Assembly (NCBI RefSeq): GCF_947581785.1
Contig: NZ_CANPVO010000038.1
Location: forward strand, 117,049-181,048
From: Candidatus Palauibacter polyketidifaciens
GTDB taxonomy: Bacteria; Gemmatimonadota; Gemmatimonadetes; Palauibacterales; Palauibacteraceae
Direction: 5' to 3'
DNA length: 64,000 nt
Part shown: one piece after another, positions 50,226 through 60,300 of the stretch
Layout: each line of letters opens with the position of its first letter
How positions within the stretch are numbered: the stretch's first letter is position 1
Made by a program: the position numbers and the translations under genes
Notes under the pieces: model-generated
Told to the model about the DNA's origin: nothing
Seen by the model: the letters and a program-made list of their open reading frames with translations, nothing else
Databases searched by the model: none

Positions 50226-50714
50226 TCAGTCGGGCTCGATGCGGAAGAGCAGCGCGCCGTACTCCACCGGCTCGGCGTTCTCGACCGCGATCTCCCGCAC
50301 GACGCCCGCGACGTCCGATTGCAGCTCGTTCATGAGCTTCATCGCTTCGAGGATGCAGAGGGTCTGGCCGGCCTCTACCCGGTCCCCCACGGATACGAAG
50401 GGGTCGGCGTCGGCTGCCGGCGCCCGGTAGAAGGTGCCGACCATGGGAGACAGCACCTCGAACAGCCCGGACGCGGGCGCCGCCTCGGCCGGCAGGGAGT
50501 CGGGCGCGGCCGCCGGCGTCGGCGCGACCTCCCCGCTGCCGACCGCCGCCGCCGGCACGGCCGCTGCGGGCACGGCCGCCGCCACGCGCGGGGACTTTCT
50601 GATCCTGACTCGGGTCGGGTCGCCCGTCTCCGAACCCACAAGCTCGACGTCGAGGCCGTCCACGCCCGAGTCCTCGACCAACTCGATGAGTCCCTTCAGC
50701 CAATCCAGGTCCAT
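50226..50714 (-). CDS. accB: biotin carboxyl carrier protein
   Basis: [11 protein letters not shown] biotinylation motif. Ala/Pro-rich linker. Confidence 0.9.
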   Translation of the reverse strand: MDLDWLKGLIELVEDSGVDGLDVELVGSETGDPTRVRIRKSPRVAAAVPAAAVPAAAVGSGEVAPTPAAAPDSLPAEAAPASGLFEVLSPMVGTFYRAPAADADPFVSVGDRVEAGQTLCILEAMKLMNELQSDVAGVVREIAVENAEPVEYGALLFRIEPD

Positions 50715-50716
50715 GG

Positions 50717-51279
50717 TCAGGTCACCCGCGTGATGTACTTGTTTTCCGTCCTGTCGACGCGCACCACGTCGCCGGTTTCGAGGAAGAGCGGCACCTGGAT
50801 CACGGCGCCGGCCGCCAGCCGGGCCGGCTTCGTTCCGCCCTGGGCCGTGTCCCCCCGCACTCCGGGGTCCGTCTCGACGATCTCCAGCTCGACGAATTGC
50901 GGCAGTTCGACCGCGAGCACGACGCCGTCACGGTTGAGGCTCTGACACTCCATGTTCTCCTCCAGATACTGGAGCTGGTCCTCTCCGATCTGGTCTCCCG
51001 ACATCGGAATCTGTTCGAAGGTCTCCATGTTCATGAAGTAGTACAGGTGGCCGTCCGTGTACGTGTACTGCACGGGTCGCCGTTCCAGACGCACCTCCCG
51101 GACCTTCTCGCCGGCGCGGAAGGTCTTGTCGATCACTCCTCCCTCCATCACGTCCTTGAGTTTCGTGCGGACGAAGGCGCCGCCCTTTCCCGGCTTGACG
51201 TGCTGGAAGTACGTGATCGAGTAGAGGGTGCCGTTGAGTTCGATCACCATCCCTCGACGAAAATCCGAAGTATCTGCCA
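50717..51279 (-). CDS. efp: elongation factor P
   Basis: [43 protein letters not shown]...; 187 aa. Confidence 0.95.
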
Positions 51280-51300
51280 TGGTATCTGCCAGGTATCCTG

Positions 51301-52386
51301 CTAGAGCCGGACGAGGGCGCGTGGAAGGCGGGTCAGCGTGCGGGCACCGGCCTCCCCGATCCGCACATCGTCCTCGATGCGCACGCCGCCGCGTCCGGGA
51401 AGATACAAGCCCGGTTCCACTGTCACCACGTTTCCCCGCTCGAGAACATCGTCGGAGCGGGACGAGAGGCTTGGGCCCTCGTGCACGTCGAGTCCGATCC
51501 CGTGTCCCGTGCTGTGACCGAAGAAGCCGTCCATGTCGTGGCGCGCGAACGTCCCCCGTACGACCTCGTCCACCTTGCGGCACGCGACCCCGTCGCCGAT
51601 CACCTCGAGCGCCCTCCTCTGAGCTTCGAGCACCTGCTCGTGAAGGGTCGCCTGCCAGGGTTCGGGTGTCCCCCTCACGAAGGTGCGCGTGAGATCGCTG
51701 CAGTAGCCGTCCACGCGGGCGCCGAAGTCGATGAGGAGGAGATCCCCGGGCTCGACGCGTCGGTCCGTGGGCGTCGCGTGGGGAAGCGCGGAGCGTTCGC
51801 CCGCCGCGACGATGGGGTCGAACGGCAGCGGACCCGAGCCTCCGCGGCGGAGTTCCATCTCGAGCGCGGTCGCGATCTCGCGTTCGCTCGGTGAGGCGGA
51901 CCATTCCATGGTCGACAGCAACCGGTTGAACGCGCTCTCCGCCACCGCAATCGCCCGTTCGATGGCATCGACTTCGTCGGCGGTCTTCACCTGCCGCAAC
52001 GTCCGGATGAGATTTCGCAGCGGAACGAAGGCGATATCGGGGAGCATGCCGCGGAGAGACTCGTAGTCGGCGACCGTGAGCCCCTCGGCCTCGAACGCGA
52101 TGGGGCCCGCGGCGTCCGCCGCGACTTCGGCGACGCCGCGGATCCACCCCTCGCGGCTGATGTGGGTGCGGATCGAGTCCGCCACCTCGATGTCGACCTG
52201 CTCCTCGTAGCGAAAGTCCGTGACGAGCACCGGCGGACTCTCGAGGGGGATCCACAGAGCCCCGGCGGAGCCCGTGAAGCCGCTGAGGTAACGTACGCTG
52301 GATCGGGCGGTCACGAGGACCGACCGGCGATCGGCGGCCCTCGTCGTCGCTTCGAGCCGAAGGCGCCGGGCTCCCGGCGGCGTCAC
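51301..52386 (-). CDS. Xaa-Pro aminopeptidase (M24 family)
   Basis: GHSTGHGIGLDVHEGP and VEPGLY metal-ligand motifs. Sits immediately upstream of efp, as in the conserved pepP/yqhT-efp arrangement. GTG start inferred. Confidence 0.85.
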   Translation of the reverse strand: MTPPGARRLRLEATTRAADRRSVLVTARSSVRYLSGFTGSAGALWIPLESPPVLVTDFRYEEQVDIEVADSIRTHISREGWIRGVAEVAADAAGPIAFEAEGLTVADYESLRGMLPDIAFVPLRNLIRTLRQVKTADEVDAIERAIAVAESAFNRLLSTMEWSASPSEREIATALEMELRRGGSGPLPFDPIVAAGERSALPHATPTDRRVEPGDLLLIDFGARVDGYCSDLTRTFVRGTPEPWQATLHEQVLEAQRRALEVIGDGVACRKVDEVVRGTFARHDMDGFFGHSTGHGIGLDVHEGPSLSSRSDDVLERGNVVTVEPGLYLPGRGGVRIEDDVRIGEAGARTLTRLPRALVRL

Positions 52387-52850
52387 TCCGCTTCCGCCTC
52401 GGCGCTCCCGCGGAGATGCTGGATGAGCGCCTCGAGACCGAACAGGTAGCTGGAGACCCGGAATCCCGTGATGACGCCGATCGCGAGGTCGGAGAGGAGC
52501 GACGTGTGCCGGAACGGCTCGCGAGCGAACACATTGGACAGGTGGACCTCGACGAAGGGACGACCGGAGCCGGCGAGGGCGTCGCGGAGCGCCACGCTCG
52601 TGTGGGTCAGGGCGGCGGCGTTGACGAGCCACGCATCCACCGCGCCGGTGTTCGCCTGCACCCAGTCAACGATCTCGCCTTCGTCATTGGACTGGAGGAA
52701 GATGAGCGAGGCGCCGCCCGCGTCCGCGCGCTCGCGCAGGAGCGACTCGATCTCGGCCAGTGTCCGCGTTCCGTAGTGGTGGGGCTCGCGGCGCCCCAGG
52801 AGATTGAGGTTCGGTCCGTTCAACACGCCGATGCGGATGGATTCGCGCAC
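52383..52850 (-). CDS. aroQ: type II 3-dehydroquinate dehydratase
   Basis: IGVLNGPNLNLLGRREPHHYG...EVHLSNVFAREPFRHTS. 155 aa from GTG 52850. Confidence 0.9.
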   Translation of the reverse strand: MRESIRIGVLNGPNLNLLGRREPHHYGTRTLAEIESLLRERADAGGASLIFLQSNDEGEIVDWVQANTGAVDAWLVNAAALTHTSVALRDALAGSGRPFVEVHLSNVFAREPFRHTSLLSDLAIGVITGFRVSSYLFGLEALIQHLRGSAEAEAE

Positions 52851-52854
52851 CCGC

Positions 52855-53580
52855 TCAGTCCGATCCCGCGGGAGCTTCGCCGTCGAGGATTCGGCGTAGC
52901 TGCTCGCCGATCGACTCCGGGACGGCCGGATCCGCTGCCTCCGTCGCCTCGGGCGCGGGCGGAACCTCCCGAGGCTCCCCTGCCTCCCCCGCGCGGCGGC
53001 GCATCTCGGCGATCGCAGCGATGAGTTCGGCGTCGTCCGGGTTGCGGGAGAGCATCTGCTCGTACACGACAATGGCGCGGTCGAAGAGACCCTGGCTCGC
53101 GTACAGTCCGGCGAGCGTCGAGGTTTCGATGCTCTTCGTCGGAACGGGTGCGGCGCCCGCCGCATCGCCCATCGGCGCGGCCCGCCCAGCGGCTTCAGCG
53201 CCCCGCCACGTTTCCTCGAGCACCTCCAGCCAGTCGTCCGTCGAGGAGCCGCCGGAACCGTCCGCCTTCGTCTCGACGCGCTCGACGCCCAGCGCGATGC
53301 AGGCGAGCGGGTTCGCGGGATCGAGCGTCAGGATGTGCTCGAATTCGATCCGCGCGGCCTCCTCGTCACCGAGTTCGAGCAGCACGCGGGCGTGGAGCAG
53401 GCGCGCGTCCAGATAGTAGGGGTGTTCCCTCAAGCCATCCCGGATCACGGCCAGGGCGCGTTCGCGCTCCCCCGCTTGCCGGTAGAGATCGGCGAGGCGC
53501 GCGAACGTGTGGGTCCGCGGCTCCGATTCTCCGCGGCGCAGGAGCTGTTCGATCTCCACGGTCTGGTCGTCGGCGGCCAC
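52855..53580 (-). CDS. tetratricopeptide-repeat protein
   Basis: TPR-like helical repeats (ARLADLYRQAGERERALAVIRDGLREHPYYLDARLLHARVLLELGDEEAA...). The start is approximate. Confidence 0.55.
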   Translation of the reverse strand: MAADDQTVEIEQLLRRGESEPRTHTFARLADLYRQAGERERALAVIRDGLREHPYYLDARLLHARVLLELGDEEAARIEFEHILTLDPANPLACIALGVERVETKADGSGGSSTDDWLEVLEETWRGAEAAGRAAPMGDAAGAAPVPTKSIETSTLAGLYASQGLFDRAIVVYEQMLSRNPDDAELIAAIAEMRRRAGEAGEPREVPPAPEATEAADPAVPESIGEQLRRILDGEAPAGSD

Positions 53581-53833
53581 AGGCTTCGCAGGGAGAAAAG
53601 CGGCAGGTTCGGGCCTTCCGACCCAGTCCCCGGCAACATACCGACCGTTTTTTTTGGTTGTCAACGAACGTCGCGGGAATGCGGTGGGGCTCCTGTCTTT
53701 CGTTGCCCGGAACGCCGGGCCGGCGTACGTTTTCGACCGATCACGGGACCGACGCGTTCGGTCGCGTTTCCGGCCCCGGCGCGGCCGCGCTCGGGCGACT
53801 CGATTCAAGACGACAAGGTGGGTTCGGCGTCTC

Positions 53834-55675
53834 ATGTTCATGCGGAAGATGCGCGGCAGCGCGAGCCTCGTGATGGGCATCATGGCCGCGGCCTTCGTGG
53901 GCTGGCTGGTGTTCGACGGTATCAACGCGATGCAGGGAGGGAACCTCGGCGGGCAGATCAACCCCGTCGTGGGGCAGGTCGGAGGACAGGACATTCGCTA
54001 CAACGAGTGGAACATCTTCCTCCAGAACCAGCTCGCGGTGAGCCGCGCGGCCGATCGCGGCATGACGGATGAGGACGTACGCGTCGTGACCGAACGGGCC
54101 TGGGAGAGCCTGATCAGCGCGACGCTGATTCAGGCGGAGCTGGACCGGCTCGGCGTCAGCGTCTCCGACGCGGAGGTGCGCCAGGCGTTCTTGACGCAGC
54201 CACCGCAGGAGATGTTGAGTTATCCTGGGTTCCAGACGGACGGGCAGTTCGACATCGACAAGTACCGCCGGTTCTTCACGGACCCCGCGACGGACGAGAC
54301 GCAACTGCTGCAGATCGAGGGTTACTACCGCTCCATCCTTCCGCGCGCGAAGCTGCAGACGCTCGTCCAGAGCGGCATCTACGTGTCCGAGGAGGAAGCG
54401 TGGCGATTCTATCGGGACACGAACGAGCGGGCCCGCGTCCGTTTCGTGCGGGTAGACCCGGCCCTGACCGTGGAGGACTCCGAGGTTTCCGTTTCGGAGG
54501 ACGAAGTCCGGCAGGTTTATGACGAACGCGTGGATGAGCTCATCCGACCCGCCAGCGCCCGCGTGAACCTGGTCAGCATCTCTCTCCGACCCTCCGTCGC
54601 CGACTCGCTCGCCGCCCGCGAACGGGCCGCCGCCCTCGCAGACCGTGTGCGGGGGGGCGAGGATTTCGCCGAGGTGGCGATGGCGGAGTCCGCGGATTCG
54701 ATCTCCGGCGTCGAGGGCGGCTTCATGGGCAAGCGTCCGACGAGCGCCTTCGACCCGCGGCTCGCCGAGGTAGCCGCGGACGCCCCGCTGGGACAGGCCA
54801 CGGACCCGGTCGAGACGCCGTTCGGGCTGCACGTCCTGCAGGTCGACGAGCGTACCGCGGACTCCCTGGCGCTACGCCAGATCTACGTTCCCTTCGAGAT
54901 TTCCGGCGCCACCGAGGACTCGGTGTTCACGCTTCTCGACGACCTGGAGGATCTTGCGCTGCGCACGGACCTCCTGACCGCCGGCGATTCCCTGGGAGTG
55001 ACGATCCGCACCGACGTACAACTCCTGGACGGCGTGGACTTCATTCCGGGCGCCGGCCAGCTGGGGGTGGCGAGGGAGTGGGCCCTCGGTCCCGAGAGCG
55101 AGATCGGGGATCTGTCCGACTCGTTCGAGAACCCGTCGGGGTTCCATCTGCTCGAGCTTCTCGGACGGCGGGACGAGAGCACGATTCCGTTCGAGGAAGC
55201 CGGGGTCGGGATTCGCGCGGAACTGCTCGTGGAGAAGAAGAAGGAACGTGCCGCGGAAGTGGCCGGCGGTCTGCTCGCCGCAGTCGCGGCGGGAAGTTCT
55301 CTCGACGAGGCGGCGGAGGAACTCGGGTGGTCGGTCGAGGAGACCGGGTTATTCCGCCGGGGCGACTTCGTCCCGGGACTCGGCCAGGGCACCGAGGCGG
55401 TCGGATTCGGATTCGGGGCCGAGGTCGGCGAGTTCAGCGGCGTCCTCGACGCCGGTGATGCGGTGGTCGTCGTGGAGGTACTGGAGCGTGAAGAGACCAC
55501 GCGGGAGGGGTTCGACGAGGTCAGGGATGCCGTGCTGGGGCAATTGAGCTTCGAGCGTTCCCAGCAGTACGTGCAGAAGTGGCTGGTTGCGCTTCGCGAA
55601 GACACGGTGGTCGAGGATCACCGCGCGAGGCTCCTCCTGCAGCAGGACGCCCAGCCGATGATTCCGGGCTTCTGA
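53834..55675 (+). CDS. PpiD/SurA-like periplasmic chaperone (peptidyl-prolyl isomerase family) with an N-terminal membrane anchor
   Basis: MFMRKMRGSASLVMGIMAAAFVGWLVFDG anchor, then SurA_N-like and parvulin-like regions (FAEVAMAESADSISGVEGGFMG...FGLHVLQV). Confidence 0.7.
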   Translation: MFMRKMRGSASLVMGIMAAAFVGWLVFDGINAMQGGNLGGQINPVVGQVGGQDIRYNEWNIFLQNQLAVSRAADRGMTDEDVRVVTERAWESLISATLIQAELDRLGVSVSDAEVRQAFLTQPPQEMLSYPGFQTDGQFDIDKYRRFFTDPATDETQLLQIEGYYRSILPRAKLQTLVQSGIYVSEEEAWRFYRDTNERARVRFVRVDPALTVEDSEVSVSEDEVRQVYDERVDELIRPASARVNLVSISLRPSVADSLAARERAAALADRVRGGEDFAEVAMAESADSISGVEGGFMGKRPTSAFDPRLAEVAADAPLGQATDPVETPFGLHVLQVDERTADSLALRQIYVPFEISGATEDSVFTLLDDLEDLALRTDLLTAGDSLGVTIRTDVQLLDGVDFIPGAGQLGVAREWALGPESEIGDLSDSFENPSGFHLLELLGRRDESTIPFEEAGVGIRAELLVEKKKERAAEVAGGLLAAVAAGSSLDEAAEELGWSVEETGLFRRGDFVPGLGQGTEAVGFGFGAEVGEFSGVLDAGDAVVVVEVLEREETTREGFDEVRDAVLGQLSFERSQQYVQKWLVALREDTVVEDHRARLLLQQDAQPMIPGF

Positions 55676-55710
55676 GCCCGAGCCGCTGATCCCGAGCCGC
55701 AGAAAGACCC

Positions 55711-55728
55711 GCCGGGCCACTGCCCGGC
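55711..55728. terminator. GC hairpin GCCGGGC-CACT-GCCCGGC between the convergent PpiD-like and tatA genes
   Basis: A 7-bp inverted repeat read directly in the convergent intergenic region. Confidence 0.35.
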
Positions 55729-55774
55729 GCGGGGCTGCGGCCGCCCGGGTCCCCCGGATCCCGCCCGGTTCGGG

Positions 55775-56017
55775 CTAGCTCTCCGTGTTGGCGGGACGAG
55801 CCTGCGCGGTCTCCTGGTTGGCGGCAGCAGTCGACGGAGGCGCGGTGTCCCCCGTGATCTCGGCCCGCACGTCGCCCTCGACCTCCTTGATCGAGCCCTT
55901 GAACTCACGGATCCCGCGGCCGAGAGAACTCCCGATCTCGGGAAGCCGCTTTGCGCCGAAGAGGAGCAGGATAGCGAGGAATACGAGCAGCAACTCCCAT
56001 GGGCTCAGACCGAACAT
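55775..56017 (-). CDS. tatA: twin-arginine translocase subunit TatA/E
   Basis: MFGLSPWELLLVFLAILLLFGAKRLPEIGSSLGRGIREFK is the canonical TatA. Confidence 0.85.
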   Translation of the reverse strand: MFGLSPWELLLVFLAILLLFGAKRLPEIGSSLGRGIREFKGSIKEVEGDVRAEITGDTAPPSTAAANQETAQARPANTES

Positions 56018-56055
56018 CTCAGACTCCTTGGTTGTGGCTCATCTCGGGCGCACGG

Positions 56056-56337
56056 TCAGAGAAGCGACCGGGCGAACCAGGCGACGAGCACGACCCCGAC
56101 GACGCTCAACACGTTCAGGCGCAGGACGATCGGCCCCAGCGTGAATGCGAGCACCTTGAGATCGAATGCAAGCGGCTGCAGTGAAGCCGCGACCGTTGTA
56201 ACAAAAAACTGACGCGCCGCTGACGGGGGCAACGTAACCGTCGCGAGTTCGGTGAGCAGCCCCCCGAGCACGAATCCCCCCGCGATGATGAGGACCAGGC
56301 GTATCGGGGAACGATGGCGTCGACTTCCGAAGTTCAC
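56056..56337 (-). CDS. small two-TM membrane protein (possibly DUF4321-like)
   Basis: 93 aa with two hydrophobic segments. Family assignment is weak. Confidence 0.4.
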   Translation of the reverse strand: MNFGSRRHRSPIRLVLIIAGGFVLGGLLTELATVTLPPSAARQFFVTTVAASLQPLAFDLKVLAFTLGPIVLRLNVLSVVGVVLVAWFARSLL

Positions 56338-56340
56338 TCG

Positions 56341-57327
56341 CTACCGTACTCTCTCGACTACGTAATCCACAGCGAGGCTCAGCGCCTCGAGGCACGGACT
56401 CGCCGGCAGGCGCCGGAGCCGGTCCCGAGCCCGGTCCGCCCGCGACCGCGCTTCCTCCCTGGCCGTCTCCACGCCTCCATGCGCTTCAACGAGATCCAGG
56501 ATCTCCTGCACGGCTTCGGGGGAGGGTTCCGGGTCCGCGAAGAGCCCTTCGACGGCGCGTCGCTCCCCCCACTCCATCTTGGGCAAAGCGGCGATCAGGG
56601 GCAACGTTACCTTGTGTTCCTGCAGATCCTGTCCGCGCGGCTTCCCCATCACCCGTGTCGACGAGGAATAGTCGAGAAGATCGTCGACGATCTGGAACGC
56701 CATCCCCAGATGATGCCCGTACTCGCGCAGGGCGTCCCGGTATTGCGGCGCCCCCGACAGTGTCCCGAGTTCGCACGCCGCGGACATCAGGGACGCCGTC
56801 TTGTGCTCGCACAGCCTCTCGTAGTCGTCGCGCGTGAAGTCGAGGCCGTCGTGGAGCACGAGTTGCCGCATCTCCCCGATCGTCATGCGGTTCGCCGTGT
56901 CGGCGAGGAGGGCGACATGATCGAGCTTTCCGAGCGCAACGACCTCGATGACCGCCCGCGAATACAGGTAGTCTCCCGCGATGATCGCAACCTGGTGCGT
57001 CCAGCGATGGTTGACGGTGGGCCGGCCTCTTCGCCTTGCGGAGTGATCGACCGCATCGTCGTGCACGAGGGTCGCGACATGCAGCAGTTCGACGATGGCG
57101 CCCAGTTTCACGGCATCCGGGGAGGGGCGCCCTCCAACGCCGTTTGCGAGGAGGAGCAGAGTGGGCCGCAGGAGCTTCCCGGACCGCGCAAACAGGTAGT
57201 CGCCCACCTCGTCGAGGGCTTCGAACCCCGATGGCGCCATCCCGCGGAGCTCGCGCTCGACGGCAAGGAGCCGGTCCGCTACGGGCAGGCGGACGTGTTC
57301 CAGATCGATGGCGGTGGTCGGGAGCAT
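56341..57327 (-). CDS. trans-polyprenyl diphosphate synthase (IspB-like)
   Basis: First and second Asp-rich motifs (LVHDDAVDHS; FQIVDDLLD). Consistent with menaquinone side-chain synthesis. Confidence 0.85.
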   Translation of the reverse strand: MLPTTAIDLEHVRLPVADRLLAVERELRGMAPSGFEALDEVGDYLFARSGKLLRPTLLLLANGVGGRPSPDAVKLGAIVELLHVATLVHDDAVDHSARRRGRPTVNHRWTHQVAIIAGDYLYSRAVIEVVALGKLDHVALLADTANRMTIGEMRQLVLHDGLDFTRDDYERLCEHKTASLMSAACELGTLSGAPQYRDALREYGHHLGMAFQIVDDLLDYSSSTRVMGKPRGQDLQEHKVTLPLIAALPKMEWGERRAVEGLFADPEPSPEAVQEILDLVEAHGGVETAREEARSRADRARDRLRRLPASPCLEALSLAVDYVVERVR

Positions 57328-57391
57328 ACCCTCCTCGGTGCGCGAGCTGCGCATGAAGTGCACGGGAATGTTGGAAGGCCCGAGAGGAATG

Positions 57392-60300
57392 TCAAAAGCG
57401 CCGGGGGCCCAGCCCGCCGCCACCGAAACCGCCCTGGCCGTCCTGCGTCTGCTGGTCGTAGTCGAACTTGAGATCGGGCGCATCCTGGAGGCTCACGCTC
57501 ATCTGGAAGATGAAGTTCCCGTTCGGCGAGCGGGCGAACATGAAGGTCGCGATCCAGCGGTGCAGGGAGCGGTCGAGCGTGATGAGGTGCTCCCCGAACT
57601 CCTTGTTGGTGAGGTTGTACGTCGTCCGCCAGGCGAGACGCCAGCTCGGCGACGGATTGAGCGAAAGGACCGCGTTGAGCGACTGCCGGTCCTGTGCACT
57701 CTGCTCCGCCCGGCCGCGCTGAAGGGAATAGGTCAGGGCCAGCGTCCACGGGCCGCCGGCCCGCAGGCCGGGGTCCGCCGGATCCGGATTCTCGTCGAAA
57801 CTCTGCAGCCGGTATCGGGAGTCGGCCGCATTCCGCAGGCGGTTCTGGGGGTCGGATCCGCCGCCTCCACCCCCGCCGCCCAGTCCGAGCAGCCCGCCGA
57901 GACCGCTGGCCGAACTGAACGTGAAACTGCCCGTCAGGCTCGAAAGGATGGGGGCGAACATCCGATCCTCTCCGGTGCCGTCGAACAGGTCGAGAGACAT
58001 GTTCAGGGACAATCCCCTGAGCAGATCCGAGTTGATGCGGTGCGACCAGCGGTCCGTCGTCAACGGCGACTCGTTCTCGCGGGACCAGTCGAAGGTGAGC
58101 GGACTCGAATTGATTCCCAGGAGGACGACGTTCCGGCGTGGCTGCGCGCGGCGCGGCGCATTGGGGTCCCCCGTGTCCGGTCCGGTGCCGGCCGGCGCCG
58201 CCTGCGGGGCGGCTGCCAGCCCCCGGGCAGCCTCGTCGGGATCCTCTTCGGCCGGTTCGGCCTCCGGCGCCTGCACTCCGGCCGAATCGCCGGCCGCCGC
58301 GAGGGAATCCGCCTCGGTCGTCGCCGCGCCGGACTCCAGGTCGGTCGAATCCGCTTCGAGCGAGCGGCCCTCCAGCAGCGCTTCCGCTTCGGGATCGAGT
58401 TCGACCTCCTCGCGCAGCTTGGCTTCGAAGGTCTGGTTCAGGGTGATGCGAAGCCGGTTCTCCTGCTTCGAGTTCGACACCGGAAACCCGGGGATCGCAA
58501 GCAGGGAGTCGGAGGCCTCCACGGCCGGCGAATAGTCGTAGTGAAAGCGCGGTGAGACCTTGTGGCGGATCCGCTCGAACGGGCCGACGCCGGGGAAGAA
58601 CCCGTAGAGATCGGTGGACACCGCGGCTCCGAAGCGGAGACGCGTCGGCGCGGTGATGAAGTCTCCGTTCGTGTCGTCCGACTGAAACCGGCTCGCGTCG
58701 ATGCTCAGGGTGGGACGAAGCGTCGTGCTCCCGACGAGATCGATCTGGTATTCCGCCTGCGCCCCGTAGTCCAGCTTCGAAACGCTCCCGGGCGTCGCGG
58801 AGGCCGTGGTGTCGGCGCCGGGCATCGGCTGGAACGGAAGTACGGTGTTCCGGTTGAAGTTCGTCCGTCCGCTGACCCCGAAGGAGCCGATGCGGATGGC
58901 GCTGTTCGCGGACGCCACCTCGGTTCTCTTGCCGTCGTTCTCTTCCTGGGTCCGGTCGAGGCGCGAAGCGGAGAAGGCGCCGTTGACGACGATGTTGTTT
59001 AACGGCCCGCTCCGGTTGCGGGGCGCGCGGAAGAGGGTCAGTGGCGAGAAGGTCATCTGAAGCTTGGGCAGCGTGAGGTCCGTCCGCCCCTTCTGCGCCC
59101 CCAGATCCTGGCGCCGGCTTCCGCTCAGGTTGACGGACGCGAAGGGGAACCGGTGCTGGACTCCGACGTCCGACGCGATTCGTTGCGTCTGGACCGTCGG
59201 GTCGAAGGTCTGACGCTCGAAGACGCTCGTGTTCGAGATGAAGTTGGCGTTGACCCGTATGTCCGTGACGGGGGTCAGCTCGTGATTGTGGCGCATCTGA
59301 AACTGCAGGGTCTTCTCGTTCCCGAAACTGTAGCTCGCGATGACGTTGCCCCGGAAGAACTTCTTGATCGAGCGGTATCGGAAGGCTCCGTTGAGGCGCG
59401 TGAACCGTCCGCTGAACCAGTCGGCCGTCGCCTGCGCGTCCATGAAATCGTTCCCCGCGAAGTAATACCCGAAGTCGGTGATGCTCCGCCGGGCGTTGCT
59501 GGAGGACGCCACGACATCGTTGAACCCGAAGCGCGGGGGCAGGAAGCCGCTCCTGCGTTCCTCCCGGATGTCCTGCGCAAAGAAGGGAAGCCAGGCGACG
59601 GGCACGTTCTGGATGTAGAGGGTCACGGGCCAGGCCACGACGATGTCGTCCGAGACGACCTTGATCTGTCCGGCGCGGAAGTAGTAGTGCGGTTCGTCGA
59701 GGTCGCACGACGTGAAGTTCCCGGTCTCGACGAAGGCGGTGCCGGAACCCCGCATGGTCATGAGCCCCCTGATGAACCAGTCGGCGCCCTGCTGGGCGAA
59801 CGACGTTCGCGCATCCACGACGGTGCCCTTGGTGGAGGAGACATCGTAGTTCAGACACTCGTCGGAGATCACGTTCTCCCCCTCCCCGGAGAGCGAGATG
59901 TTGCCGCACCCTCTCACAAACTGCAGACCCGCCTCGTAGGTGATCGTGTCCGCGTCGATCGTGGACTGCTCGTACATGACCTGTGCCTCTCGATTGAGCT
60001 GCACACGCTGCCGGTCGACGTCCAGCTCGACGCCGCGCCCCTGATACTGGATGGCCTGATAGCCCGGCTCCCCGAGGAGTTGTCCGAAGATGTCGTCCTG
60101 TTGAGGGAAGGGGGGGTCCGGCGGACCGGCATCGACGGTGTCGGCGACCACCGAATCCGCGACCGCGGCCGCCACGGCGCTCGAATCGCCGACCGCTGGA
60201 GAGTCAACCGCTGCCGAGTCGCCGACCGCTGCCGAGTCGCCGACCGCTGCGGAATCGCCGGCCGCCGTCGAATCCGCCACGGGCACGTCCAGCGTATCCC

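Noticed and set aside
53648-53655. T8 tract in the divergent TPR/PpiD-like promoter region
   Set aside because: No preceding GC hairpin, so it is not an intrinsic terminator. Possibly a promoter UP-like AT tract but not supportable from sequence alone.
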